NCBI RefSeq assembly: GCF_006345805.1
Contig: NC_043024.1
Span: 10,602,001 to 10,666,000, forward strand
DNA from: Octopus sinensis
Taxonomy: Eukaryota
Direction: 5' to 3'
Length of the DNA: 64,000 nt
Positions 36,140 to 48,339 of the stretch are shown piece after piece. Every line of letters starts with the position of its first letter. Position 1 is the stretch's first letter. The notes under the pieces are model-generated. The model ran no database searches and had not been told where the DNA came from. It saw only the letters and a program-made list of their open reading frames with translations. Both the position numbers and the translations under genes were made by a program.

Positions 36140-36363
36140 TCCATCCATCCATCCATCCATCCATCCATCCATCCATCCATCCATCCATCCATCCATCCAT
36201 CCATCCATCCATCCATCCATCCATCCATCCATCCATCCATCCATTTAGCTATCCATCCATCCATTTAGCTATCTATCTATCTATTTAGCTATCTATCTAT
36301 TTAGCTATTTATCTATTTAGCTATTTATCTATCTATCTATCGGTCTATCTATCTATCGGTCTA

Positions 36364-36432
<69 letters not shown>
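36140..36432. repeat. (CCAT)n grading into (CTAT)n/(CTGT)n
   Basis: Directly visible. Confidence 0.95.
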
Positions 36433-36435
36433 ATA

Positions 36436-36944
36436 CTGTTTTCTGGACATTTTCATGTTTTATTGCTCCCAAGCATCTGCCACATACAAAAACTATCTTC
36501 CCAGTTAGCCTTCCTTTGACATTGCTGCACCTCTTATGTGTCCATAGCTTACACCGGGAACATCTTATGGAGTTTCTACCTACGCCTTTTCTACAGATCG
36601 AGCAGGGCCATCTACCTGAAGGGATTTGTGATTTGTCTGCCTTCCTACTTATTAAGACTTTGAATCTTCTCCTCTAGTTCTGATAGTGACTCAGCAATTA
36701 GAGCAAGGTCATCAGCATTGAGGAGCTCCCAGTGGTATCCTGCCTTGAATTCCTCTGTTATTGCTTGGAGGACTATGATCAATAAGAGGGGGCTGAGGAC
36801 TGATCCTTGGTGGACCCCTACCTCTACCCGGAATTCTTCACTATACTCGTTGGTTGGCAACTAGTTGCCAACCCTCACCTTACTGACAGCATCCCTGTAC
36901 ATGGCTTGTACAGGTCTCACTAACCACTCATCTACACCCAGTTT

Positions 36945-36946
<2 letters not shown>
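36436..36946 (-). mobile_element. RTE-clade LINE fragment (RT motifs + PHD-type finger)
   Basis: EYSEEFRVEVGVHQGSVLSPLL and WELLNADDLALIAES, then in frame [48 protein letters not shown]. Confidence 0.9.
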
Positions 36947-36983
<37 letters not shown>

Positions 36984-37427
36984 CATATATATTATGTATA
37001 TATACATACATACTTACATACATGTATATAAATATATATATATGTACTAGAAATATTGCCCGGCATTGCTTGGGTTTGTTTCAATTAGAATTGGAATTTT
37101 TGAAAAGTAAAAATTTTGCATTATGTAGCTTGTTATTCTCTTTAAGTGAACATTTTTCTGGTTGAGATACATCGAAAAATGGCGACACACCAGTCAAAAA
37201 ATCGTAAAAAATAGGGATTTTCATAGAAAAAAAAACACCATTTTGATGTAAATAATTTTTGGTGTTAACATGGTCCGATTTGAATTTTTTCTTCTACGGA
37301 AGGAAGAGCAAGCCTTCTTCTATCATACTCTCAATTTTGGTCAACTTGTGCCGCAGGGTCTCGGAGGAGAAAGTGTTAGTTGAAGGCTACCAAACCTGCC
37401 ATACATAGACAACTTCAGCATTATATC

Positions 37428-37895
37428 ATCATCGTTTAACGTCCGCTTTCCATGCTAGCATGGATTGGACGGCTCACTGGGTCTGGGAAGCCAGAAGGCT
37501 GCGCCAGGCCAGTCTGATCTGGCATGTTTCTACGGCTGGATGACCCTTCTAAACGCCAATCACTCCATGAGTTAGTGGGTGCTTTTTACGTGCCACCAGC
37601 ACAGGTGCCAGGCAGGCTGGCAACGGCCACGAACGGATAGTGCTTTTTACGTGCCACCGGCACGAGGCCAGTCGGGGTGGCACTGCAACGGCCACGTTCG
37701 GATGGTTCTCTTACATGCCACCGGCCTGGTGGTATCCAGCTGCAATTTCCATTGATCGATTTCGATTCTGATTCTCACTTGCCTCAACAGGTCTTCACAA
37801 GTAGAGTTTTGTGTCCCAAGAAGGGAAGGTATACATAAGTGGACTGGCAAACATCCCGTGTAGAAGGCCACGGGTTATGGTCTCACTTGTCCTGC
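37428..37895 (-). mobile_element. RTE 3' UTR-derived element (family C)
   Basis: Starts with the gagaagacccgcaggac block that follows the RTE ORF at ~39025; (GAT)n tail. Confidence 0.85.
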
Positions 37896-37918
37896 GGGTC
37901 TTCTCAATATATTATGTA

Positions 37919-37962
<44 letters not shown>

Positions 37963-40834
37963 TACGAGTACAGTGAAGAATTCCGGGTAGAGGTTGGGGG
38001 TCCACCAAGGTTCAGTCCTCAGCCCCCTCCTATTTATCATAGTCCTCCAGGCAATAACGAAAGATTTAAGACAGGATGCCCCTGGGAGCTCCTATATGCT
38101 GATGACCTTGCTCTAATTGCTGAGTCACTATCAGAAATGGAGGAGAAGTTTCAGGTGTGGAAACAAGGATTAGAATCGAAGGGCCTTAGAATCAACCTAG
38201 CCAAAACCAAAGTCCTAATAAGTAGGAAGGTGGACCAACCACAAACGACTTCAGGTAGATGGCCCTGCTCGATCTGTAAAAAAGGTGTAGGAGAAACTCT
38301 ATAAGGTGCACCAAGTGTAAGCTATGGACACATAAGAGGTGCAGCAATGTCAAGGAAGGCTAACTAAGAAAAGTTTTTGTCTGTGGCAGATGCTCAAGAG
38401 AAATAAACACTGGAAATGTGCAGAGAGACCAACTTCTACCACGTTCCGGAGACAAACTAGAAGTAGGTGATAGCTTCCGCTACCTAGGAGACCAAGTCAG
38501 TAGCGGGGGGGGGTGTGCTGAAAGTGTAACTGCTAGAGTAAGAATAGCCTGGGCAAAGTTTAGAGAGCTCTTACCCCTGCTGGTGACAAAAGGCCTCTCG
38601 CTAAGAGTAAAGGCAGACTATATGATGCGTGTGTACGTACAGCCATGCTACATGGTAGGAAAACATGGGCCGTGACAGCTGAGGATATGCGTAAGCGCAA
38701 AGAAATGAAGCCAGTATGATCCGATGGATGTGTAATGTCAGTGTTCATAATCGTCAGAGTGTAAGTACTTTGAGAGAAAAGTTGAACCTAAGAAGTGTCA
38801 GTTGTGGGTGTGCAGAGAGACGGCTGCGCTGGTATGGTCATGTGACGAGAATGGATCTGAAGATAGTTGTGTGCAAAAGTGCTACACCCTAGCAGTTGAG
38901 GAAACCTGTGGAAGAGGTAGACCAGGAAAACCTGGGACGAGGGTGGTGAAGCACGACCTTCGAACTTTAGGTCTCACCAAGGAAATGACTGAAGACCGAG
39001 TCCTATGGAAGTGTGCTGTGCATAGAGGACCGGCAGGACTAGTCAGGCCATATCCCGTGGCCCCTACCTGGGACGTAGCGATCCACCTGTGCATACCTTC
39101 CTTCTTGTGACACTTGTGAAGACCTGCTGAGGCAAGTGAAATCAATCAAAATAGATGAACATCAATGGAATTTGATCTTGTGGTACCAGTGCCTGTGGCA
39201 CACAAGAAAACCATCCGAACGTGGCAGTAGCCAGTACCGCATCGACTGGCCTCCGTGCTGTGGGAAAGGTGGGCACATAAAAACACCATCCGAAGACCCG
39301 GCAAGACTAGTCAGGTCATAACCCGTGGCCCCTACCTGGGACGTAGTCAGTCACCTGTACATACCTTCCTTCTTGCGACACTTGTGAAGACCTGTGAGGC
39401 AAGTGAAAATCAAAACAAACAAAATAGATGAACATCAATGGAATTTGTATCTTTGTGGTACCAGTGCCGGTGGCACACAATAATCCATCCGAACGTGGCC
39501 GTAGTCAGTACGCTTGTGGTACCAGTGCTGTGTGGACACCAGAATCCATCCCGAAGTGGCGTAGTCAGTACCGCATCACTGGCCATCGTGCTGTGGGCAC
39601 ATAACAACACCATCCGGTCGTGGCCATTCACCAGCCTCATCTAGCACTGTGTCGATGGCACATAAAAAGTAGTCAGTACCGCTTGTGGTACCAGTGCCGG
39701 TGGCACACAAGAATCCATTCGAACATGGCCGTAGTCAGTACGCCATCACTGGCCATGCGTGCTGTGGGCACATAACAAAACACCTCCGGTCGTGCCGGTC
39801 GCCAGCCTCATCTAGCACCGGTGTCGTGGGCACATAAAAACACCAATCCGAAGACCCGGCAAGACTAGTCAGGCCATAAACCATGGCCCCTACCTGGGAC
39901 GTAGTCAGTCCACCTGTGCATACCTTCCTTATGTGATACTTGTGAAGGCCTGTTGAGGCAAGTGAAAATCAATCAAAAATCAAATCAAAAAACAATCAAA
40001 ATAGATGAACATCAATGGAATCTGTATCTTTGTGGTACCAGTGCCGGTGGCACACAAGAGAAAACCATCCGAAAGTGGCCAAGCCAGTACCGCATCGACT
40101 GGCCTCCGTGCTGTGGGCACATGACAAACACCATCGATCGTGGCCGTTCGCAGCCTCATCTAGCACCTGTGTCGGTGGCACACTTAAAAACCACCATCCG
40201 AAAGACCCGGCAAGACTAGTCAGGCCATAACCCATGGCCCCTACCTGGGACGTAGTCAGTCCACCTGTGCATACCTTCCTTCTTGTGACACTTGTGAAGA
40301 CCTGTGAGGCCAGTGAAAATCAAAACAAAATCAACATAGATGAACATCAATGGAATTTGTATCTTTGTGGTACCAGTGCCGGGGCACGTGGCACACAAGA
40401 AAACCATCCGAACGTGGCCGTAGCCAGTACCGCATCGACTGGCCTCCGTTGCTGTGGGCACGTAACAAGCACCATCCGATCGTGGCCGTTTGCCAGCCTA
40501 TCTGGCACCTGTGTCGGTGGCACATAAAAAACACCATCCGAGCGTGGCCGTCTGCCAGCCTCGTCTGGCACCTGTGTCGGTGTGGCACATAAAAAACACC
40601 ATGCCGAGCGTGGCCGTTTGCCAGCCTCGGTCTGGCACCTGTGTCGTGGTGCACAAAAATCACCCACTACACTCTCGGAGTGGTTGGCGTTAGGAAGGGC
40701 ATCCAGCTGTAGAAACACTGCCAGATCTGACTGGACTGGTGCAGCTTTCGGGCTCCCCAGACCCCAGTTGAACCGTCCAACCCATGCTAGCATGGAAAGC
40801 GGACGTTAAATGATGATGATGATGATGATGATGA
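37963..40834 (+). mobile_element. RTE-clade LINE, 5'-truncated and frameshifted, with a tandemly expanded 3' UTR (39025-40834)
   Basis: GVHQGSVLSPLLF, PWELLYADDL, GLESKGLRINLAKTKV, PHD-type finger, DSFRYLGD, RVRIAWAKFRELLPLL, RGRP and HDLRTLGLT; four starts of the UTR block; ends ggacgttaaatgatgatg. Confidence 0.93.
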
Positions 40835-40854
40835 TATATATACATATATATAAC

Positions 40855-40958
40855 CACCAAAGCTTTCCTCACTCCATCCATCCACACAGACCGAAGTTTG
40901 CCTCTGGTTCTGCTGCCTACCACTTCTGCCTTCATCGCACTCCTTACCATTCTAAAAG
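40855..40958 (-). mobile_element. Short RTE-type C-terminal remnant (another family)
   Basis: RMVRSAMKAEVVGSRTRGKLRSVWMDGVRKAL resembles the ..EV.G.R.RGRP..RW.DGV..AL motif. Confidence 0.5.
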
Positions 40959-41589
40959 GGGTGGGAGTGAGGGGACTGGAGATCCACTCCTCCTGGGAAT
41001 TTCTGCTTCTAAACCAACAACAGAAATATGTTATATATACTTTAATCAAACCTGGAGGCTCACTGACATGACATGAAGTTTCCTCTTTCGATATATCAGG
41101 TGGTGCTTGAGATAGCCGTGCTGCCTTTCATGTGAGGAGACAAAACATCCTAGCATGCCAGAGAAGACACAGTTTCAATTAAATTTTGTTCTACTTTATA
41201 CCTTGTATTGAATTCTTTTCATTCATGTTTGTATACACTAATATACACTCACTCATTCATTATATATCATCATCATTTTATATATGTTTTTCCTTGCTGG
41301 CATCTATTGGAAAGCTCTCATCTCTTGTCATTGAAATCCTTTGTACCGCCACCCCTTTACGCTCTCACTCTCCACCCCACTCTCTCTCTCTCTCTGCATA
41401 TATGCATGTGCATGTCTGTATGTATACACCCATCTACAATGGTATTAAATTACACAAACCGTAATTAGTAATAATTAACAACCTACCGTTCGTAACACTT
41501 CAACGTTTTGTGTGTTTATAGCAGTGTATACACACATACAAAATATATGCATTCATATTTCTGCATAATGCATTTGTGTATATGCCTAT

Positions 41590-41844
41590 ATATATGTGTG
41601 TGTGTGTGTGTGTGTATTTGTGAACATACATACATATATGCGTGTGTGTACATACACACACACACACACATACTTACGTAGGAACAGCTTTGAGCTAACG
41701 AGGTTCTTAAGATAATTGTTTATTCCTTTACCTCTTTTTCTCTCATGCAGACACACACACACACATACACATACATATATATACATATATATACATATAT
41801 ATATATACATACATATAAACATATATATATACATATATATATAC

Positions 41845-41876
<32 letters not shown>

Positions 41877-42048
41877 CTATATCTATATATACATAACGGG
41901 AAGCTTTATGAAAATAGACAAGACGAAGGCAGGTTTATATATATATATATGTATACACACAACACACACATATATATATATATAATTATTACTTATATGT
42001 ATGTATACCTGTATATTTATGTGTGTATACATATATGCACACACACAC

Positions 42049-42092
<44 letters not shown>

Positions 42093-42671
42093 TACTTATA
42101 TGTATATATGTATGTACGTTTGTATACCTGTATATTTATGTGTGTGTGTATACATACATGCACACACAGACACATATATATACATATATATATATACACT
42201 CGCTCAGGTTTATAAGTAGATGTGTGGTGCTTGCATCTTCGTCGTCACCCCAGTAAACTAATAGCTTTTAACGACTATTTCTCATCTTAAGGCACGAGAC
42301 TAATTGTGCTCCAACACAAAGCAGATATAGGTCGGAGGTGACATTATAATCAATGAAAGCAAGCCCCCCCCCGTCACCTTTCCCTCCACCTCTCCCTTTC
42401 TCTCATCCCTCTCTATCCATCCATTTATCTCTCTCTCTCTCTATCTATCTAGCTATTTATCTATCTGTATACATTTACACATACATATATGTGTGTGTAT
42501 GTGTATATATATACATAATACATATGCATATATATATATATACATATATAACATATAAATATCTATATATATATATATATTATATATATATAACATATAC
42601 ATATATATATAATATATATGTGTAATAAATATAGTATATGTATATATAGTATATGTATAATATGTATATGT

Positions 42672-42712
<41 letters not shown>

Positions 42713-42773
42713 ATTATATATATATGATGTATATAATATAGAATTATACTTATATATATATATATATATATAC

Positions 42774-42854
<81 letters not shown>

Positions 42855-42934
42855 TATATTATATATATATGTATATGTATATATATATCGTTATTATATA
42901 TATATATTATATGTATATGTATATAATGTAATAT

Positions 42935-43030
<96 letters not shown>

Positions 43031-43115
43031 GATATAATATATATGTATATATATATATATATATATTATGTATATGTATATATTATATATATATCTATTT
43101 GTATATATATATATA
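41590..43115. repeat. (TA)n/(CA)n microsatellite field
   Basis: Directly visible. Confidence 0.95.
41894..41934. mobile_element. Stub of the element at 61043-61230, also in (TA)n
   Basis: taacgggaagctttatgaaaatagacaagacgaaggcagg versus taacgggaaagtttacgaaaataaacaaaagacgaaggcagg. Confidence 0.7.
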
Positions 43116-43379
43116 TATTTATATTAAGGGCATTACTATACATAAATGCCTCATGCTAGGAGGGACTCTTAAAGTCAAAGTACCCTCTCTCTCTCTCTCT
43201 CAACACTTCCTCTTATAGTCAAGTTTTTGGTAAATTATGCATTCATGCAGACAAATATGCATATATATAAGTACACACACACACACACACATGATGATGA
43301 TTGATGACGATGATGATGATGATGATTTTTACAGAAATATAGAATAATCATACAGGCACACACACACACACACACACAT

Positions 43380-43915
43380 CATCATCATCATCGTCGTCGT
43401 CATTGTTTAATGTCTGCTTTCTATGCTGGCATGGGTTGGATAGTTTGACTGAGGGCTGGCGAACCAGATGGTTGCACTAGGCTCCAATCTAATCTGGCAA
43501 GGTTTCTACAGCTGGATGCCCTTCCTAACGCCAACCACTCCCAGAGTGTAGTGGGTGCTTTTTATGTGCCACTGGTACGAGGGCCAGTCAGGCAGTACTG
43601 GCATCAACCATGCTTGAATGGTGCTTTTTACATGCCACTGGCATGGGACCAGTCAGGCGGCACTGGCATTGACCGCACTCAAACGGTGCTTTTTATGTGC
43701 CACCGGCATGGGACCAGTCAGGTGGCACTGACATTGACCGCACTCAAATGGTGCTTTTTATGTGCCATCGGCATGGGACCAGTCAGGCAGCACTGGCATC
43801 GACCACAGTCAAATGGTGCTTTTTATGTGCCACCGGCATGGGACCAGTCAGGTGGCACTGGCATTGACCGCACTCAAATGGTGCTTTTTACATGCCACCT
43901 GTACAGGTGCGAATC
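43380..43915 (-). mobile_element. RTE 3' UTR-derived element (family C) with a 65-bp internal VNTR
   Basis: Units start at 43618, 43683, 43748, 43813 and 43878. Confidence 0.88.
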
Positions 43916-43933
43916 AGGCTGTATTGTTACATA

Positions 43934-44170
43934 AAGGCGGCGAGCTGGTAGAATCGTTAGCACGCCAGGTGAAATGCTTAGCAGCATTTTGTCTGCCATT
44001 ATGTTCTGAGTTCAAATTCTGCTGCGGTCGACTTTGCCTTTCATCCTTTCAGGGTCGATAAATTAAGTACCAGTTACGCACTGGGGTCGATGTAACTGAC
44101 TTAATCCGTTTGTCTGTCCTTGTTTGTCCCCTCTGTGTTTAGCCCCTTGTGGGTAGTAAAGAAATAGGTA
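43934..44170 (+). mobile_element. SINE family B monomer ending in gaaataggta
   Basis: Full head and one body. Confidence 0.9.
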
Positions 44171-44529
44171 CTGTTACATAATCTATAGTAATCAGTATAT
44201 TTTTTATCATCCCAAATTTTCTCTAGATTGCCCTAAAGGAATGAGTTTTATTTCTCTTTAACCCATTACTGCAAAAATCAAACATTTCCCTTCAAGATCT
44301 CATTACCCTGAGTAACAGAAAACTGGTTTTATATGGCATTCATTGTTTCATTGAGGAATGTCATGTTTGGAACGATTTCCTGTTGAGATATGTCAAGTTT
44401 ATGGAGGCAACAGGACTTGCAGAAAACACCAATTCTAATTTTAGTAGTTGTTTAATGTCATTACTGGAATAACCATGAAATTTTATTTCACAGCTGAAGG
44501 TTAAACCCAACCACCATATGTCAAAGTAC

Positions 44530-45830
44530 CTCTACATAAAATTGTGTCACTGAATCTCCATAAAACATCGTCAACAAAACCTCTACGTATAACTGTGTGT
44601 CATAAAGCCTCTACATAACTCTGAGACATTACATTTCTATAAAACTATCACACATCTACATAATATTGTGTACAAGACCTCTACATCATACTGTCACAAT
44701 ACCTCAACATGTTACTGTATCGCAGAACCTCTACAAAATGCTGTGTCACAACACTTCTACATAATATTGTGTCATAGCATTTCCGGATCTTTACCTTTTG
44801 ACCGACAGATTTAAAATATTATTTTTTGTAACTAAACACTTTCAAACTTCGGACACTGGTAGAATGTGTCATATAAAACATCTTTTACTTTTAGTGATTT
44901 TGAGAAAAACCTATATTTACGAAGTTATTCCACGTTAAAGTTGTAGTATTTCGGTAATTTCAACCAATCAATGACGTGTATTCAGCTGAACAAAATTACT
45001 GCAGTTGTATGTCAGACAAGTACATTCCTTGCACACGTCATATAAAACATCTTTTACTCTTAGCATTTTTGAGAAAAACTTATATTTAGGAAGTTATTTC
45101 ACATTAAAGTTGTCGTATTTCGGTAATTTCAACCAATCAATGACGTGTATTCAGCTGAACAAAATTACTGCTTTTCTTTGTCAACAAGAACTTCCGATGG
45201 TGTATTTTTCGTTTGTCACTGTTATTTATAACAACACTAACCCTAAAACTCTGACTCTAACCCAAAAGCCTTAAACCTAACCCTAACACCCTAACCTTAA
45301 CCCCTTAAAACCAGTACAAACGCACAAATAATGTCATAATACTGTGTCACAATAGCTGTACATATTGCTGTGTCACATCACCACTACTACATGATACTGT
45401 GTTACAACGCCTCTCCATAATACTCTGTCACAACATCTCTACATAACTGTGTTACACATTTACCTCCACATATTTACTGTGTCACAACACCTCTACATAA
45501 TCATGTGTCACAGTATTTCCATGTTATACTGTGACACCACACCATTATATCATACTGTCACAATACCTCTACATATTACTGTATCACAAAACCTCTACAA
45601 AATGTTGTGTCACAACACTTCTACATAATACTATGACACTACACTACAACATAATACTGTGTCACAATAGCTGTACATATTGCTGTCACATCACCACTAC
45701 TACATGATACTGTGTTACAACACCTCCCCATAATACTCAGTCACAACATCTGTACATAACTGTGTTACACGTTTACTTCCACATTTACTGCGTCACAACA
45801 CCTACATAATCCTGTGTCACAGTATTTCCT
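44530..45830. repeat. Degenerate ~24-bp minisatellite (aacacctctacataatactgtgtcac-like) with a ~315-bp higher-order repeat, interrupted at ~44780-45330
   Basis: Blocks 45336-45520 and 45650-45829 align; 44697-44773 aligns with 45561-45638. Confidence 0.85.
44781..45330 (+). mobile_element. Non-autonomous DNA element with a tandem ~169-bp core and telomere-like (CTAACC)n; Helentron/HINE-like
   Basis: The core gtcatataaaacatcttttact...caaccaatcaatgacgtgtattcagctgaacaaaattactgc occurs at 44868 and 45037; ctaaccctaa runs at ~45236-45305. Confidence 0.6.
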
Positions 45831-45954
45831 GTTGTACACATATGTATATATGTGTGTATATATGTATATATATCTATATATATGTGTGTGTGTATATATA
45901 TATATGTATATATATATATGTATGTGTATATATATGTGTGTGTATATATATGTT

Positions 45955-46160
45955 TATGTGTCTGTGTTTGTCTCCCCATCATCGATTGTCAACCGCTGTT
46001 GGTGTGTTTACGTCCCCGTAACTTAGTGGTTTGGCAAAAGAGACCGACTGAATTAGTACCAGGCTTACAAAGAATAAGTCCAGAAGTCGATTTGTTTGAC
46101 TAAAGGCGGTGCTCCAGCATGGCCGCAGTCAAATGACTGAAACAACTAAAAGAGTAAAAG
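45955..46160 (+). mobile_element. SINE family A, 3' half
   Basis: Matches the family A 3' half. Confidence 0.85.
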
Positions 46161-46518
46161 AATACCCTTAAAATATGCTAACATACCCTCTCTCTCTATC
46201 ACGCACACACACATGCGTACACACACGCACCACACACACACACACCGTACATCACGGACGCTTTATTTAAGAATGTGATGTCCAATAAGACATGGTAAAA
46301 TAAAGCCTTAAAAAACTTTAAAAAAGCTTAAAAAACAGATTCAATTATTATTATTATTTTGCAATAGTAAAAACAAAACTAAATTATTTTAGATTTATCG
46401 ATACGTACATAAAATTTGGTGATTTTGAGATTTCATGATTTCGTTCACTAAGCTACACTACTTTATGGTGTGTATCTTAACATTTACTGTACAAGTTTTA
46501 ATATGATTTTATACACTT

Positions 46519-46727
46519 TTAAGAAACACACAAAAGCCGTTCGATTCACTTCAACATTTAAGTTTAATTTGTTAAAATATTTTCGTCGCTTTAAGACCGC
46601 GACCTCTGCACTGACAAAAATCCGTGCTGCATCAGTGAACAGGTCGCGGTCTTAAAGCGACGAAAATATTTTGACAAATTAAACTTAAATGTTGAAGTGA
46701 ATCGAACGGCTTTTGTGTGTTTCTTAA
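46519..46727. repeat. 87-bp inverted repeat (one mismatch) with a 35-nt spacer; Penelope-like pLTR-derived palindrome candidate
   Basis: 46519-46605 is the reverse complement of 46641-46727 except tttgtta versus tttgtca. Confidence 0.95.
46632..46678 (+). ncRNA. Minimal type-I hammerhead-ribozyme-like motif with a G3:C8 core
   Basis: tca-GTGAACA-g-GTCGC-ggtcttaaa-GCGAC-GAA-AATATT-T-TGACAAA. Confidence 0.65.
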
Positions 46728-47164
46728 ATGGATTATAAACACCTTCCACGCTGCAATTGTTTTCGTTTCAGCACACGATCTCAGATCAGGTCACTTGCTA
46801 TGCAAGTACATCTCCGTAAATACATATATACTTTTATTCTTATTTATTGTACAGTAACATGATTTTATGTGCCTTTAATGGTTTTCTAGTGATTTTACGA
46901 TTACAATATTTGTGGCAGAAAGAGACGTAAAGTCGAGTATGAAATATTATACATTTCTTGAACTAACTGATTTCTGATATATTATGAACGTATAATCGAG
47001 AATGACTTAAATTGAAACGACTTAAGCTGAGGTATACCTGTATAACAAACTGTCATTGTTGTCCAAATCCTACTGATGAAGATTTTTGTTTCTTGGATAC
47101 AAATAAATAAAATATAAAAAGCAAATATACTCCAAAACCTTCAGCTTCTTTACTCAAGTAATAA

Positions 47165-47965
47165 ACTCACATTTATCATCATCATCATCGTCATCATCAT
47201 TTAATATCCGTTTTCCATGCTAGCATGGGTTGGACGGTTCGGCCAGGGTCTGGGTAACCAGGAGGCTGCACCAGGCTCCAGTCTGATCTGGCAGTGTTTC
47301 TACAGCTGGATGCCCTTCCTAACGCCAACCACTCTGTGAGTGTATTGGGTGCTTTTTACGTGCCTCTGGCACAGGTGCCAGGGGAGGCTGGCAACAGCCA
47401 CGATCGGTTGGTGCTTTTTACGTGCCACCGGCACAGAAGCCAGTTGAGGCAGCACTGGCATCGGCCATGTTCGTATGGTGCTTTTTATATGTCATCGGCA
47501 CAGGTATCTCAACTACAATTACCATTTGATTTTTTGATGTTGATATACTTGACTCAATAGGTCGCCTCAAGCACAGCAGGTCACCCTATGATCCAAGGTA
47601 AGCACAGCAGGCCATCCTGCGCTCCAAGGCACTTGGAAGGGCTGGGGCTTCTATGTGAAGCTGGTGCAGGAAACAGCCATGAACTCACATTATTTGTCAG
47701 GTCTTCGCAGTCACAGCATATCTCCAGAGGTTTCAATCTTTTGTCATTGCCTCTGTGAGATCCAATGTTCGCAGGTCATGCTTGACCACCTCATCCCATG
47801 TTTTCCTGGGTCTACCTCTACCCCAGATTCCTTCAACCGTTTGGGAGTGGCACTTCTTCACAAATCTCTCCTCATCCATCTGCAGTACATAACCATACCA
47901 GCGCAGACATCTCTCTTGCATGCCACATCCAATGCTTCTTACGTCCAGCTTTTCTACAAACAATA
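47165..47965 (-). mobile_element. RTE LINE 3' end (ORF2 C-terminus + 3' UTR)
   Basis: QERCLRWYGYV...GRGRPRKTWDEVVKHDLRTLDLTEAMTKD, then family C UTR and (GAT)n. Confidence 0.9.
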
Positions 47966-48339
47966 AATGATACACATGGTTTCATAAGTAAATGTCTAAG
48001 CAACAATCTAGAAAAGCTGGGGGTTTTCTGAAAAAGAAACCAAACAACTAACACACATCATAAAGCATAATCTGTAAGTGGAACAATAAAAATATGTAAG
48101 ACTTTTCTCAAGTTCAGAATGTGACATTGTTTTCATTCTCTACATTCCAGTAATGGAGTTTCATATCTTTGTTAGAAACCAGCTCCTTCCTAACAGGAAG
48201 GCTCCAAGTAATTAAAGACAGAAGAGACTATACATACATGTGGACACACAGACAGCCGTGGCTGCGTGTAATTGGTTTTTAAATGCTTGTATTTGCCTTT
48301 TATTGTTCCACTTCAATATGTTTGTATTTTTATTTTGAC

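Noticed and set aside
45236-45305. Telomere or chromosome-fusion relic from (CTAACC)n (also ~58970-58995)
   Set aside because: Short, degenerate and attached to a dispersed repeat family.
47073-47110. CTGATGA hammerhead core
   Set aside because: No stem II followed by GAAA, and no stem I or III.
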